Sequence record: NC_061440.1
Length of the DNA stretch: 64,000 nucleotides
Direction: 5' to 3' (one strand)
The position numbers and the translations under genes are program-made. Every line of letters begins with the position of its first letter. Position 1 is the first letter of the stretch. Positions 34,142 through 44,364 of the stretch are shown here, piece after piece. The notes beneath the pieces are model-generated. The model did no database searches. It was not told the origin of the DNA and worked only from the letters and a program-made list of their open reading frames with translations.

Positions 34142-36808
34142 TCACATATAGCCCATAGTAATCATGTTCAACATCGGATCGTCCATAAAGATTGGAATCG
34201 AATCGAGTGAATGACCAGCAGCAGGACTAGAACCACTATTGCCCGAAGCAGCGGGACGAGATACAGCGCCACCTTTAGGCTGATTAGCAACAGGTGCTGG
34301 TGGTGCAGAAGGAGCTGGAGCAGCAGGTGCTTCCGTTCGAGCGATATCGCCCTCTGTTACGAGAGGCTGACGATCAACAGGAGCTTCTGGCTGAACTACA
34401 GGCTCGATGCGATTGACCTCAGGAGCTTTCATTAATGCTGTAGGCTCCTGACCACCAAACTGTTCGTTACGCACATTGCGCCGAGCATCGGCCAATGCTT
34501 CTGGCGTTGCTGCACGTTGGGTGTCAGTTTCAGGCGGTCGATAGTCAGAAGGTTTATGGCCATCTGCTACCTGTTGAGGCTTCGCAACGTCTGACGGTAG
34601 TTGCTCGTTATTTACAGCTTTCTTCTTGCGATCTGCCTCTGCAACCTTAAGCAATACGTCCTTCTCATTCTGCGCTCGTGTCGCCACAGATTGTTGTGTC
34701 TGCGCCGAGCTTGATTTGAAGTAACGGTCAGTCGTTGCTGCCTTGTAGTCCTGAATAGTCTTAATCAACTCTTCATCGGACATGCCGTTAACGTCTTTGC
34801 CTTGAAGCGCATTGGCGATGACGCTTGTACCTGCACCATACTGCACAGCCGTACTGTACATCAGTTCTTTGACACCAGCACCACGCTTCGTCAAGTCCAC
34901 ACCAACTTCGTTCTGCATCTTAGCCACGAGCGGTGCGTAATGAGTACGCGTGATATAGTCGGACTGCGCTTTATCGAAGTCGGCACCTTGAGTATTCGCA
35001 ACATCCTTATAGACGGAGTTGAACTGAGCAGTACCTGGAGCGAGTCCACCGAAACGTTGCAGGAACGGTTTGCCTTCAGGACTGTTCAGGAAGTTCATCA
35101 TGCTGCCGTTGTTCGTAGCGAGCTGGTGCTTACCGTACGACACACCACCAGCATCACCCTGACCAGTAGACACAGTGCCTACACCACGACCACCCGACTC
35201 GAACTGTTCCGACACTGAACCGAGACCGCCTTCTGCAATTGCGCGATTAGCGATATCGGTTACTTGCTTGCTGTCCATACGACGTGCAGGTTGAGCGCGA
35301 GCAAGTCCTGGGAATGTACCGCCACCAGAGCCAGGCATCCCGCCCATACCACCAAAGCCAAAAGGCATAATGACAGGCTGAGGGAATTTAGCTTTGTTCT
35401 GATTCTCTGCGGTAGTGTCGTTATACTCGTCCATCTTCTCTTTGCGGTCTTTCTCACCGTCAGCGAGCATCTTGTCCGATTCGTCAGTAATCTTTTCAGC
35501 GACATATTCGCCTACAGAACTACCGAAGTAGTCACCCAGTATGTTACCAAGCAGACCACCCAACGCAGCACCAGCAGCAGTACCAACAACAGGAACAACT
35601 GAACCGAGTGTACCGCCTATCCATGCACCAGCAATAGCACCAGTAGTACCGCCAGCAGCACCACCGATAGCAGAGCCGCCCGCTTTCTTCTTCTCTTTGG
35701 CCTTCTCTGCATCAGTCAGCGTTTCGTCTGCGTCGATGTGTTGCGTTTCGTTCGCATAAGACAGGCCGTTACCTAATGCAGGACCGATGATAGGAATCTT
35801 CTTCGATGCACCCGCCAGTAGTAGACTCGCGCCCGCTACAGCAGCATCCTGTGTTGCAGATGGAGGCGTTGGTACATCGCCCTTAGCAGCTTCTTCCGCA
35901 CGTTGAACCTCTGGTGCAGTAGGCATCGGTGTGGGCTTTGCCTCAGAGTCAGGAGCAGCCTCGGTCTTCTGGTAATCAGGAGCACCAACACCTCCATTCT
36001 CCGCGTTCTGCTCCTCAAACTTCTCTTGTGATCTGTGCTTCAACCACAAGCCACCAGCCACAGTAGCGCCTAGAGCTAGAGCAAGTCCCAGCTTACCTTT
36101 GAGCTTAGGCAAGCGGCTACGACGAGGTAGATTACGGCCTGGGCCTCTGCGTTCACCGCGATTGCGGCCGTAGCGTCTGCCACGTTTACGACGAGGGCGA
36201 TTATCTTCTGGGCCAAAGTCTGGACCAGCACCGTTGTCAGGCCCGTTATCGTCATTAGCAGAATCATCAGGACCGTTGTTACCGCCTCCACCCGCGCCAG
36301 GCTGATTGCCGTGTGGGTCTGACTTAGCGCGGTTCTTCTCTTTGAATGCTTCGCGCTTCTCCCACTCCAACCAATCTTCAAGGGCTTTCTGCGTCTTCGC
36401 AGATACTGCGTTACCCTCTTTGATTGCGTGAACGATATCTTCACCAGACTTCTCGCCTGCAATAAACAGGTCTTCCAGAGCGGATTCTACTTCACGTGGA
36501 TTAGGCTGTTGTGGTACGGCGCGCGGTGCAGCAGGAGCAGCATCATTGTTCTCCTGCACATAGCGCACACGCGTGTTGGCCATCTTCTCACGCGCAGCTT
36601 TAGCCGCACGGTTCTTAGCCCTTGAGCCTGGACCAACATAAACAATTTCGTCATCAAGCAGTTCGGGATCGTAATCATCCTCAATGTCATTGGCAGCACG
36701 CCGTCTGCGTTTCGGCTTAGGCATACCAGCGACTGAACCACTAATGCTGTCCGCATGTTCGATCATTAGTTCGAGTGCGGTTAGCTCTTTCTCTTTTGGC
36801 TTAGCCAT
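34142..36808 (-). CDS. Tape-measure-like protein with glycine-zipper segments and a VgrG3-type muramidase domain (888 aa)
   Basis: LGSVSEQFESGG.G.GTVS.G.GD.GG.SYG..QL, F...Q.DYI..THY.P, S.AVQYG motifs. Hydrophobic GGAAGG..GA.AGA segments. Confidence 0.7.
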   Translation of the reverse strand: MAKPKEKELTALELMIEHADSISGSVAGMPKPKRRRRAANDIEDDYDPELLDDEIVYVGPGSRAKNRAAKAAREKMANTRVRYVQENNDAAPAAPRAVPQQPNPREVESALEDLFIAGEKSGEDIVHAIKEGNAVSAKTQKALEDWLEWEKREAFKEKNRAKSDPHGNQPGAGGGGNNGPDDSANDDNGPDNGAGPDFGPEDNRPRRKRGRRYGRNRGERRGPGRNLPRRSRLPKLKGKLGLALALGATVAGGLWLKHRSQEKFEEQNAENGGVGAPDYQKTEAAPDSEAKPTPMPTAPEVQRAEEAAKGDVPTPPSATQDAAVAGASLLLAGASKKIPIIGPALGNGLSYANETQHIDADETLTDAEKAKEKKKAGGSAIGGAAGGTTGAIAGAWIGGTLGSVVPVVGTAAGAALGGLLGNILGDYFGSSVGEYVAEKITDESDKMLADGEKDRKEKMDEYNDTTAENQNKAKFPQPVIMPFGFGGMGGMPGSGGGTFPGLARAQPARRMDSKQVTDIANRAIAEGGLGSVSEQFESGGRGVGTVSTGQGDAGGVSYGKHQLATNNGSMMNFLNSPEGKPFLQRFGGLAPGTAQFNSVYKDVANTQGADFDKAQSDYITRTHYAPLVAKMQNEVGVDLTKRGAGVKELMYSTAVQYGAGTSVIANALQGKDVNGMSDEELIKTIQDYKAATTDRYFKSSSAQTQQSVATRAQNEKDVLLKVAEADRKKKAVNNEQLPSDVAKPQQVADGHKPSDYRPPETDTQRAATPEALADARRNVRNEQFGGQEPTALMKAPEVNRIEPVVQPEAPVDRQPLVTEGDIARTEAPAAPAPSAPPAPVANQPKGGAVSRPAASGNSGSSPAAGHSLDSIPIFMDDPMLNMITMGYM

Positions 36809-37653
36809 TATCCACCTCTACGACCTCGCTTCGCTGCTAATGCAAGCGCTCGCTGTTCTTCGGCTTTGTTCTTATCGTGAACATAAGCACTATGCCAGTA
36901 CAGCAATTTGTTGATCGTTATATCATCTGGCACGTAGATGTTCTTGGCACTGGCTAGGTCCAGCGTCATGTTCATCATTGATGTGTCAGAAAACACACGG
37001 AAGTAGCCTAAGATATCAATCGGACTTTTATACGTGTAGGAGCGGAAGCACTTGTTGCATTTGTGCGTTGTCTCCAGCTCACAACTAACGTACACGTAAT
37101 TGCCTGCGTTCATTATCTCAATGGGGTCAGCGTATTCGAGCGTCTGCTCCAGTGGCAGGTCGCTGTCGATGTACATGGCATTCATCACCTGTGTAGCATC
37201 GCGCTCCTCACTAAGTAACACGGCTTCAATCCAGCGCTGAACGGTAGGATGGCGCAAGCCTTTTGGAAGGTCGCGCCATTTGTGTTCTACGATTCGTTGT
37301 CGCATGACTTCTTCGGTGTTAAGCAGGTTGCAGTCTACTTCTACGAATTTGCAACCACGCGGCCTGTCATAGTACCGCTCTCCGCGCATATCAACGAAGA
37401 ACGGTTGTGTGCATCGCCATTCGTATAGACGGTGCGACTGCGGCCAACTATTTCTATCGAACATCGCAAGCATATAACGGAAGTCTTCGAGGTACATGTC
37501 TCTGATCTTCACATTGGTGAAATGCTGCAACGTATCGACAAAGAGTTCAGGCAGTTTATACTTCTGGGCGTTGAACAAACTGGACATAGCGTTCGCAGTG
37601 ATTTGCTCAATACGCGCATCGGACCTGCCTGATGGGAGATATATCTCTAACAT
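36808..37653 (-). CDS. Baseplate hub assembly protein, gp26-like, with CxxC
   Basis: Probable start MLEIYLPSG at the TAATG overlap (37653). Contains CNKC. Paralogous to the upstream gene. Confidence 0.6.
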   Translation of the reverse strand: MLEIYLPSGRSDARIEQITANAMSSLFNAQKYKLPELFVDTLQHFTNVKIRDMYLEDFRYMLAMFDRNSWPQSHRLYEWRCTQPFFVDMRGERYYDRPRGCKFVEVDCNLLNTEEVMRQRIVEHKWRDLPKGLRHPTVQRWIEAVLLSEERDATQVMNAMYIDSDLPLEQTLEYADPIEIMNAGNYVYVSCELETTHKCNKCFRSYTYKSPIDILGYFRVFSDTSMMNMTLDLASAKNIYVPDDITINKLLYWHSAYVHDKNKAEEQRALALAAKRGRRGG

Positions 37654-38336
37654 TAGCGCACGAACATCGCAGGGTTCATATCCCACGCACGGACGCTTTT
37701 GCGTTTACATGCAGGGCATTCGAGGCTGATATCAGTCAACACACCGTGACGAGAAGCAAGCACCCACTCGGATAATTGCAGCCACAATTTCAGGTCTTCC
37801 TGTTCTTCCAGTAGCGCAACGTTCGCATCGAAGTTACGACCCATGTGCGCTACATGCCAGCTAAACATATCCTCCGAAGCGCGTTCGAAGTGACGCATAC
37901 GAGGCAGGTCAAACGTTTCATGCTCTGCCGCCAATACAGCCACAGTCATGGAAGTCTCATCGACAATGCCGACGTTGTTTGCTGCACAAGGGAACGTATT
38001 GATAGCACCACCTTCAGGGCGCATCTCGTTAACGATGCCATCGGAATATTCAAACAGCGGTTTGTTGCAACGCCAGTGTGTCATCAGAGGCATTACGGAG
38101 TTCATCCACATACGCTGCTGGAAGACGAGCGCATAGGCATCAGGCACAGTCAGTTCATCGAGGGGAATAGACAGGCACGGAGCCAGTGCATCGAGAAGGA
38201 TATACTTCATGTCCTTCTTATCAATCGCTTTCGCAATCGCACGGTTCTCTTTACCGCCAAAACGACGCATCGTAAAGGCTGGTGGGAGTTGTGCTTTGTA
38301 ACCATGCGACGGTAAACTCGCTGTTTGAATTTCCAT
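37653..38336 (-). CDS. Baseplate hub assembly protein, gp26/gp51-like (227 aa)
   Basis: LPS.GY..., R.F.GKE, FDLPR, CPAC near the C-terminus. Confidence 0.6.
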   Translation of the reverse strand: MEIQTASLPSHGYKAQLPPAFTMRRFGGKENRAIAKAIDKKDMKYILLDALAPCLSIPLDELTVPDAYALVFQQRMWMNSVMPLMTHWRCNKPLFEYSDGIVNEMRPEGGAINTFPCAANNVGIVDETSMTVAVLAAEHETFDLPRMRHFERASEDMFSWHVAHMGRNFDANVALLEEQEDLKLWLQLSEWVLASRHGVLTDISLECPACKRKSVRAWDMNPAMFVR

Positions 38337-38347
38337 TTATTCTTATC

Positions 38348-38860
38348 TCATATCAAAGGACGGGAAACATCAAGAGCCATTTGAACACTCCACATACCAC
38401 GACCTCCTGTGCCATTAAGCGTAATGCTTTGACCGCCAATAGGCCAACAGTTGCGGAGTTGTTGTTCGCCAACCATTTGCCCCTGGTTGTCGTATAGCTC
38501 AATGATAAGATTTTTCTTGTACACAGACGGCAATCTAAAGCCGCCAGTATACGGGTTCTGAATCAAGTTCTGCCACGCGTTCATATACTTCATGACAGCG
38601 AGCTTTTGGTCGAGGCCAAACAGCAAACTGAATCCATCAACACTTGAACCGTGTGGCCAGTTGATTTGCACAGTGGCCACTTCTTTCGATTTAGATTGAT
38701 AGACAGAGAACGGTAAGTCTACCTCTTCACATGCGAACGGGCTTAACGATATATTACCAATAACAGGAAATTCTCGCACACGCCACTTGTCCTGCATGAA
38801 AGGATCATCAAGGCCAGGAGCAGAAGAATCATTCAGATCGTCAAGTGTTGGCAGCGGCAT
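38348..38860 (-). CDS. Tail-tube-like protein (gp19/gp54 family, 170 aa)
   Basis: Paralogous to 39589-40101: W.NLI.NP.TG...Y...IELYD..G......L.NCWP. Confidence 0.7.
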   Translation of the reverse strand: MPLPTLDDLNDSSAPGLDDPFMQDKWRVREFPVIGNISLSPFACEEVDLPFSVYQSKSKEVATVQINWPHGSSVDGFSLLFGLDQKLAVMKYMNAWQNLIQNPYTGGFRLPSVYKKNLIIELYDNQGQMVGEQQLRNCWPIGGQSITLNGTGGRGMWSVQMALDVSRPLI

Positions 38861-38862
38861 GA

Positions 38863-39537
38863 TTATTCCTCTACTATGATAAGCACAGGTCGAACATCGC
38901 TATCGAGCTTGAGGAACGTAGCACCAACCAGATAGCCGTCATTCTCAATTTGCTTGACTACGGCTTTCTCGTAGTCCGTTTCCCATTTCTCACGCTGCGA
39001 GGCTTTGTAGCCTTCAAACGTTTCAGTTGCATCGTAGTAGTTATAGATACCACCAGTCGGCATAGGGATACGCGCAAGGAACTGAATACGACCAGCGTTC
39101 TTAAACTTGGTCTTATGCAGCGCTTGAGTCAGCTTGGTGTTCTCAGCTTTAGAGCCAGGAACAGCTTTAAACGGTTTCTTCGGTTGAGGCTCTTTAGGTG
39201 CAGCAGGAAGTTTCTCACGCGCAGGAGTATTCTTGTCTGTAGCTTTCTTAACGCGAATGCCAGAGACAGTTCCTGTGAATGGACGACTACGGCTTAACAG
39301 TGAACGTGCGGTCGCAGCGTCTACCGTGAATACCACAGACGGGTCATCCTTATGCAGCACATAGAACAGGTTGCGCTTTGCAGCCTTGATACCGAATACG
39401 TCTTTCTCCTCGATATCAGCCTCGTGCTCTTTGTTCTCAATGCTGACCTTGCGCTTACCTTCGAAGCGATACCAATCACAATCCATAATGGACGCGACAG
39501 GCAGTTTACGTGCGCTTTCGCTCAGTAAAATAAGCAT
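38863..39537 (-). CDS. Hypothetical protein with SH3-like paralogous domain (224 aa)
   Basis: Starts MLILLSESA. Contains WYRFEG...DVFGI...FYVLHKDDP..VF.VD.....LLSRSRPF. Confidence 0.75.
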   Translation of the reverse strand: MLILLSESARKLPVASIMDCDWYRFEGKRKVSIENKEHEADIEEKDVFGIKAAKRNLFYVLHKDDPSVVFTVDAATARSLLSRSRPFTGTVSGIRVKKATDKNTPAREKLPAAPKEPQPKKPFKAVPGSKAENTKLTQALHKTKFKNAGRIQFLARIPMPTGGIYNYYDATETFEGYKASQREKWETDYEKAVVKQIENDGYLVGATFLKLDSDVRPVLIIVEE

Positions 39538-39546
39538 AGAGTCTCC

Positions 39547-39581
39547 AAAACGAAAAAGGGCCAGAACGAATCTTGGCCCTT
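39547..39581 (-). terminator. Rho-independent terminator after the tail tube gene
   Basis: GGGCCAAGA-TTCG-TTCTGGCCC-TTTTT. Confidence 0.8.
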
Positions 39582-39588
39582 GTGTTTC

Positions 39589-40101
39589 TTACGATACGAG
39601 TTCGGCGTAGTCGAAGGACCATTCGATTGAGACCGGAACAGCCTGTGCGGCACCAGAGAAGTTCAGATCTGGTACCTGCTTCGGCCACACGCCGTAGATG
39701 TTGTACTCAGCAACTACAGAACCATCCATATCGAAGATACGGAAGATTGCTTTGGTCGCGTAGTCTGCTTTACGTGCGCCCAGCTGGGTTTGAGTAGCAC
39801 GAACAAACTCATGCCATTCTTCCAGTTGTTTATACACAGCCATCTCGGAGTTTTCGTTGTACTCGGTAGAGAGCGCGTGAGAGAAGATCTTACGACCAGC
39901 GTAGTTGAGCTGGTGGCCGAACGCTTCTTTCAGAACTTCTTCCAGAGTAGAACCTGGCTTGATACCAGTCTTACAGAACAGACGCAGAGTACGCGCGTAG
40001 TCCGCACCACCGACAGGCGGGTTAGGAATCAGGAACTCGAAGTTGTCATCGAGTAACGGATCTTTAGTAGACGAAAATTCGTCAAGAGTTACCTTTGGCA
40101 T
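39589..40101 (-). CDS. Tail tube protein (T4 gp19-like, 170 aa)
   Basis: DPL...NFEF.IP, YAGRKIF...L..EY.E, W.EF, Y...A.F...D.DG......IYGVWP..V.DL. Follows the sheath gene. Confidence 0.85.
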   Translation of the reverse strand: MPKVTLDEFSSTKDPLLDDNFEFLIPNPPVGGADYARTLRLFCKTGIKPGSTLEEVLKEAFGHQLNYAGRKIFSHALSTEYNENSEMAVYKQLEEWHEFVRATQTQLGARKADYATKAIFRIFDMDGSVVAEYNIYGVWPKQVPDLNFSGAAQAVPVSIEWSFDYAELVS

Positions 40102-40112
40102 CTAAAAGCTCC

Positions 40113-41798
40113 TTAGAGTGCACCAGAGTTGATCAGTTGCAGCGCGTACTGGATATCACCAACAGGTGGTACGATAGCCGTTACGTGGATGCGTTTGGTG
40201 TAGCGAGTCGGGTCAAGGAACACGTCGATGATCAGATCGCCACGCGCTTCGTCTTCTGCGGTGTTGTTGGTGTAGTCACAAGTAACTGCATACCAACGTA
40301 ACCCACGACCTGTCTTAATCGGTTCGAGGATTGCTTCCATCGCAGACTTCTGGCGCTGTTTCAGAATGTCGTCGTTCGGTTCGAAGACAGCACTCAGGTT
40401 GTTAGCGCGGGCAGAGGCATGAAGCATTGCAAGCAGACGACGCACACCGATATCTTGCAGCGGAGACTTCGTAGTGTAGGTGGTATCAGCACCCCACATG
40501 AAGATACCTTCGCCTTCGAAGATAGCAATCGGGTTAATCTGGTTATCCACCAGAATATCGCGGTCACCCTGCTTGAAGCGATAGCGCACGTCAGTTGCGA
40601 AGTCCAGCTTACCGCGTTGCATACCGCCAGGCGCAAGCCATGAAGCGACTTGGTCCGCAGTCAACATGCAGTATGCCATACACACAGACGCTGGTACGTA
40701 GAAGTCACGAGCGTTGGTGTTGTCACGCGCTTTAACGTCGGCATTCGACAGCGCAGACCAAGAGCCGATGATAGAGAACTCAGCTTCTTTGTACGGCTTG
40801 TTACCGCGACGATACGCCACAGCGTTGTCACGCGCTTGATACAGCACGGGCACACCATGCGTTGCGATACAGTCCATGCGGCTCTCAGCCAAGTCATCGA
40901 TCTTGTTCGCAATAACAGGATGTTCCAGACCGCCAGAGCACAGAATGCCCGCCTGAATGTCTTCCCAGTCGCGGTAGTTATCCCACGCAGTCAGAACAGC
41001 AGACAGAGAACGGTTAGCAATCAGTGCATCGTTGTGGTCAATGTCAATCACATCGCCGTCGCTACCACCAGTGAACTGACCGTTAGGTGCAGTAGGTGCT
41101 GTTGGGTCAGCAGGGCCACCACCGATGGAGTTGATGACCACGAAGTTCGGGTCTTCCACCAGCTTGTAGTGATTTTCATTCAGCTTCACGCGAATGTATT
41201 TCGAGTTCACATTGATAACGTCTTCAATGTAGAACTGGTTGCCTGCTTCGTCTTTGTAGTAACGAGTAGTCACCACATGCGTTTCCAGCGGCGTCAGATA
41301 ACCAACGCGGTACACTTTGATGATGGACTTAATGCCCAGCGCATCAGTCACGTCAGGTTCAAACGTGATGTACATGTTGTTCGCATCAGCGTACTGTGAC
41401 ATGGCGTAGATCAGGCAGATATCACGATCAGAGAAAGCAATCTGCTCAGGGTCCACCAGACCAGCGTCACCGAGAGGACGGCAGGTAGCGAAGTTGTTAT
41501 ACGTTGTGAGATACACACCTGCATACTTCACGGAGAGAGCGACACGCGTGATGTTCAGCTTGGTCGCTTTCGTCATCAGAATCTTGGCGTTCTGGACGTT
41601 GTTAGCGTACTTCCCAGTTGCTGGACCAAAGATTGCGTCGATCTCATCTTTAGAGGTAACAGTTGTGTTCACACCCACAGGACCACGAGGGAACGGCAGA
41701 ACCAGAGTACACATGCCATACTGGACAAGTGACGCCTGATTCGAGCGGTCGTTCTCCTGCGTGTAGACCCCAGGAGAGGGGTGATTTGGTTGTAGCAT
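40113..41798 (-). CDS. Tail sheath protein (T4 gp18-like, 561 aa)
   Basis: SPGVY.QE.D.S, GPVG, F.GG.DG, W.APGG..RG, NQINPI..F.G.G...WG..T, VRRLL, F.EPND. Confidence 0.92.
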   Translation of the reverse strand: MLQPNHPSPGVYTQENDRSNQASLVQYGMCTLVLPFPRGPVGVNTTVTSKDEIDAIFGPATGKYANNVQNAKILMTKATKLNITRVALSVKYAGVYLTTYNNFATCRPLGDAGLVDPEQIAFSDRDICLIYAMSQYADANNMYITFEPDVTDALGIKSIIKVYRVGYLTPLETHVVTTRYYKDEAGNQFYIEDVINVNSKYIRVKLNENHYKLVEDPNFVVINSIGGGPADPTAPTAPNGQFTGGSDGDVIDIDHNDALIANRSLSAVLTAWDNYRDWEDIQAGILCSGGLEHPVIANKIDDLAESRMDCIATHGVPVLYQARDNAVAYRRGNKPYKEAEFSIIGSWSALSNADVKARDNTNARDFYVPASVCMAYCMLTADQVASWLAPGGMQRGKLDFATDVRYRFKQGDRDILVDNQINPIAIFEGEGIFMWGADTTYTTKSPLQDIGVRRLLAMLHASARANNLSAVFEPNDDILKQRQKSAMEAILEPIKTGRGLRWYAVTCDYTNNTAEDEARGDLIIDVFLDPTRYTKRIHVTAIVPPVGDIQYALQLINSGAL

Positions 41799-41840
41799 CG
41801 TGAATCTCCATGAGAATGGGCATCGTGAAACGACTATAAC

Positions 41841-41848
41841 AAATTAGC
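41841..41848 (-). promoter_or_regulatory. GCTAATTT motif (candidate late promoter)
   Basis: Intergenic, 43 nt upstream of the sheath start. Confidence 0.6.
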
Positions 41849-41854
41849 GTATTG

Positions 41855-42199
41855 TCAGTAGCAAATCACATTAACACGCTGATCAACGTCACTTACGAGA
41901 ACCGATTGCGCCATCTTACCAGTGAGAGTGAATTGGCCTTCGATGATCATCTGGCCACCAGCGAACTGCAAGATGATTGGCTCAGCCGTATCAATGTACA
42001 GCAGCCCTTTAATCTCAGGCAGTTGGTAGCCTTTAGGACCAACGATGATCGATTGCTCCATGAACAGTCCATCGAGAGGGATACCTACAGGATGTGACTG
42101 TCGCTTGAGCACAGAGTTTTGGTTGGAGGTGACTGAACGCACACGGCTATCAATCACAAGAGTGCGGTCGAGCTTACGATACTTCTCGCGTGTGTACAT
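41855..42199 (-). CDS. Hypothetical structural protein (114 aa)
   Basis: TAATG coupling to the upstream gene. Located in the head-tail joining region. Confidence 0.7.
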   Translation of the reverse strand: MYTREKYRKLDRTLVIDSRVRSVTSNQNSVLKRQSHPVGIPLDGLFMEQSIIVGPKGYQLPEIKGLLYIDTAEPIILQFAGGQMIIEGQFTLTGKMAQSVLVSDVDQRVNVICY

Positions 42200-42906
42200 T
42201 AGTCATCGTCCTCTTCTTCTTCTTCTTCCTCTTCTTCGGTCTCCTGAGCCTTAGTTGCACGAGGCCCTAAGTCCATGTCGATTTCAACGTTCTCGGTGAT
42301 CTCACCGTAGTTGTTAATCTTGGCCTGCTCCATGTTGAAACCAATCTTGGTCATGATAGTGATTGGAATCTCCAGTTCGAAACTGCCTGGCGTACTACCT
42401 TCATCGAGGTCATCAATGTTAGGCAGAGGGATAGAGTCATCTATCTTAACGCGCACAGTCCATTTAGCTGTAGGCATTTCAATAGAGAAGCTCATCAGGT
42501 CAGTTAGGCCAGCAACCATTAGCTGTTGTACACACAGCAGCGCCTGATCGATGTTCATGAACTTGAGGTACAGGGAACCTGTAAGAGTGATAGGGAAGTA
42601 GTAGTTCGTTACCACAACGGCATTCGTACCATCGCTGCCTATAGCCCAACCAGAACCGTGACGTGCAATGTTCTTAATGTTCACGGATTCTTCGCGGTTG
42701 AAAGCCATAGTAGGTAGTTTGAACCAGCCGTACGGATAGTCAGTGCTTTGATTGTTCGTTGCACGAATACCCTGCTTCGGGTTGTTATGCACAGACCAAA
42801 CAAAACGCTTTAGGCCGAAGCCTTGTCGGAATTGGCGTTGAAAGCCAAAGATGGTTGCTCGTAACGATGTGCTGTTCTTGAGCAAGCCTGCAACGTTTGC
42901 GCTCAT
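42199..42906 (-). CDS. Probable neck / tail-terminator protein with acidic tail
   Basis: Probable start MSANVAG after a GGAG SD. The longer ORF start falls inside a terminator. Position between the head and sheath genes. Ends EEEEEEEEEDDD. Confidence 0.55.
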   Translation of the reverse strand: MSANVAGLLKNSTSLRATIFGFQRQFRQGFGLKRFVWSVHNNPKQGIRATNNQSTDYPYGWFKLPTMAFNREESVNIKNIARHGSGWAIGSDGTNAVVVTNYYFPITLTGSLYLKFMNIDQALLCVQQLMVAGLTDLMSFSIEMPTAKWTVRVKIDDSIPLPNIDDLDEGSTPGSFELEIPITIMTKIGFNMEQAKINNYGEITENVEIDMDLGPRATKAQETEEEEEEEEEDDD

Positions 42907-42920
42907 GTGGAGCTCCAGAG

Positions 42921-42950
42921 ACGAAAAAAGGGCGGCCGAAGCCACCCTTT
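42921..42950 (-). terminator. Rho-independent terminator
   Basis: GGGTGGC-TTCG-GCCGCCC-TTTTTT, nearly identical to 61821-61846. Confidence 0.85.
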
Positions 42951-42970
42951 TGGTTACCCGTAGTCGGGTG

Positions 42971-43390
42971 CTAGTCGTCGAGTCGTAAGCGAATCAGAGA
43001 AGACGTGGCGGCAGAGTCGGATTCAACGGTAGCGTCGTCCTCCTCTTCCAGGTCTTCTTCATCGTCAAGGTCTTCATCTTCTTCCTCATCGGAATCGGAG
43101 TTCAGACTGATGATTTCGTCATCGCCATACAATGCAGCGACTTGTTCTTCCTCGGCATTAAGCGCTAAAGCAGCAGATAACGCAGCAACGGATTCGTTCA
43201 TACCTGATGCACTACTCACGGAGTTAACGAGGCATGACGCTTCGAAGTTATCCGTGAGTTCGCAACAAAGAAAGTCCTCAGTGTCTGGCGCTACAGCAGC
43301 TTGAGCAAGCAAGCGGGAAGCATCCATCCACTGTCCGTCACGCGCTGCGACGATTGCCAGTGCAGCTAAGGAACCAGATAAAGTCTTCAT
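42971..43390 (-). CDS. Small acidic head-associated protein (139 aa)
   Basis: GAGG SD, S-x-S motifs and a D/E tract near the C-terminus. Confidence 0.7.
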   Translation of the reverse strand: MKTLSGSLAALAIVAARDGQWMDASRLLAQAAVAPDTEDFLCCELTDNFEASCLVNSVSSASGMNESVAALSAALALNAEEEQVAALYGDDEIISLNSDSDEEEDEDLDDEEDLEEEDDATVESDSAATSSLIRLRLDD

Positions 43391-43415
43391 GCTTGGTCCT
43401 CAGTTAGTAGAACAC

Positions 43416-44264
43416 CTATGCGGCAGCCAGATGCGGGTGAAGCATCTCGTCCATCATCGCATAAATCTTATCTTTCGTTCTCAGGCGAGTAGATGAAAGC
43501 GCAGAGTAAATCTGTTCCTTCACCTTAACGCGCTTACGCTCAGGCACCTGCTTAATCAAATGGCCAAGCCGCTTTTGAGCCGCCCATATTGCCCTTTGCT
43601 TAGGAGTAGCATTTGCGTGTCGCGCGTTTGCTTTAGCAGCAATCTTTCCCTTGAACTCAGCAAGATACAAGGGATCACTCTTTATGGTCTGCCACGCAGC
43701 CTTACCTGCTTCCGAGTAAACACGAGAACGATGTTCAGCGAATTTCTTATCGCGTTTGCATCGCTTGCGTGTTTCTTCAAAGCGTACCTTCTTAGTAGCT
43801 TTCATCTTCTCGATAGCAAGCCGTCCGTCCTCAGTAGCGTACTTAGCTAACAGGGCTGCGGACATTTCACGTTTGCGTTTGTCTGTGTACTTTTCGCGTG
43901 GAGCATCAAGTGCCCCCTTACCGCCCGCAGAAAGATTCAATAAAGGACCTCCGTACCGTATGCGTTTAATCTTCGCAATCAGTTCGAACTCTTTATCGTA
44001 GGCTTCTTCCTGCGTATCATAACGATACTTGATTTGGGCGATAGGCTCATAACCTTCATCGAGTAAGTGTCGGAATCTTGCGAGCTTCGGAGTATTGTCT
44101 CTCGTCTGCGCTTGATTCTTCAAGAACTTCGCCCAATGAACGTTGACCCTATCGCCTACACCCTTTCCCACGTAGAACGGCTCATGAGAAAATGTGTTGC
44201 GGCCGTAACGGAATGACCCAGGTCGTCTTGGGTCCATTAGTACATAAACATAATGACGTTTCAT
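43416..44264 (-). mobile_element. Free-standing GIY-YIG (LEM-3-like) homing endonuclease gene (282 aa)
   Basis: HYVYVLMDPR...PFYVGKG.G.RV..H, E.EA...E..LI..I...GPLLNL..GG, and a basic C-terminal DNA-binding-like tail. Sits directly after the capsid gene. Confidence 0.8.
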
Positions 44265-44294
44265 AAAGAGTGATCCCTCGTATGGATAATGAAG

Positions 44295-44364
44295 AACAAC
44301 TCAAGTGGTAGCGAGTGATACGAGCACTCGCAGAGCTGGCCGGCCTTTTCCCACAAGAGTTGTT
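44295..44364. other. Branched stem-loop upstream of the endonuclease gene
   Basis: AACAACTC/GAGTTGTT, GTGG/CCAC and GCGAGTG/CACTCGC form nested perfect pairs. Confidence 0.6.

Noticed and set aside
36808-38336. Programmed frameshift joining the two gp26-like genes (tail-chaperone style)
   Set aside because: The apparent 34-nt overlap disappears if the second gene starts at the TAATG junction (37653), and I saw no slippery heptamer.
42907-42945. N-terminal extension MASAALFSSLELH of the neck-like protein
   Set aside because: The upstream start lies inside the terminator hairpin. The ATG at 42906 has a proper GGAG SD.
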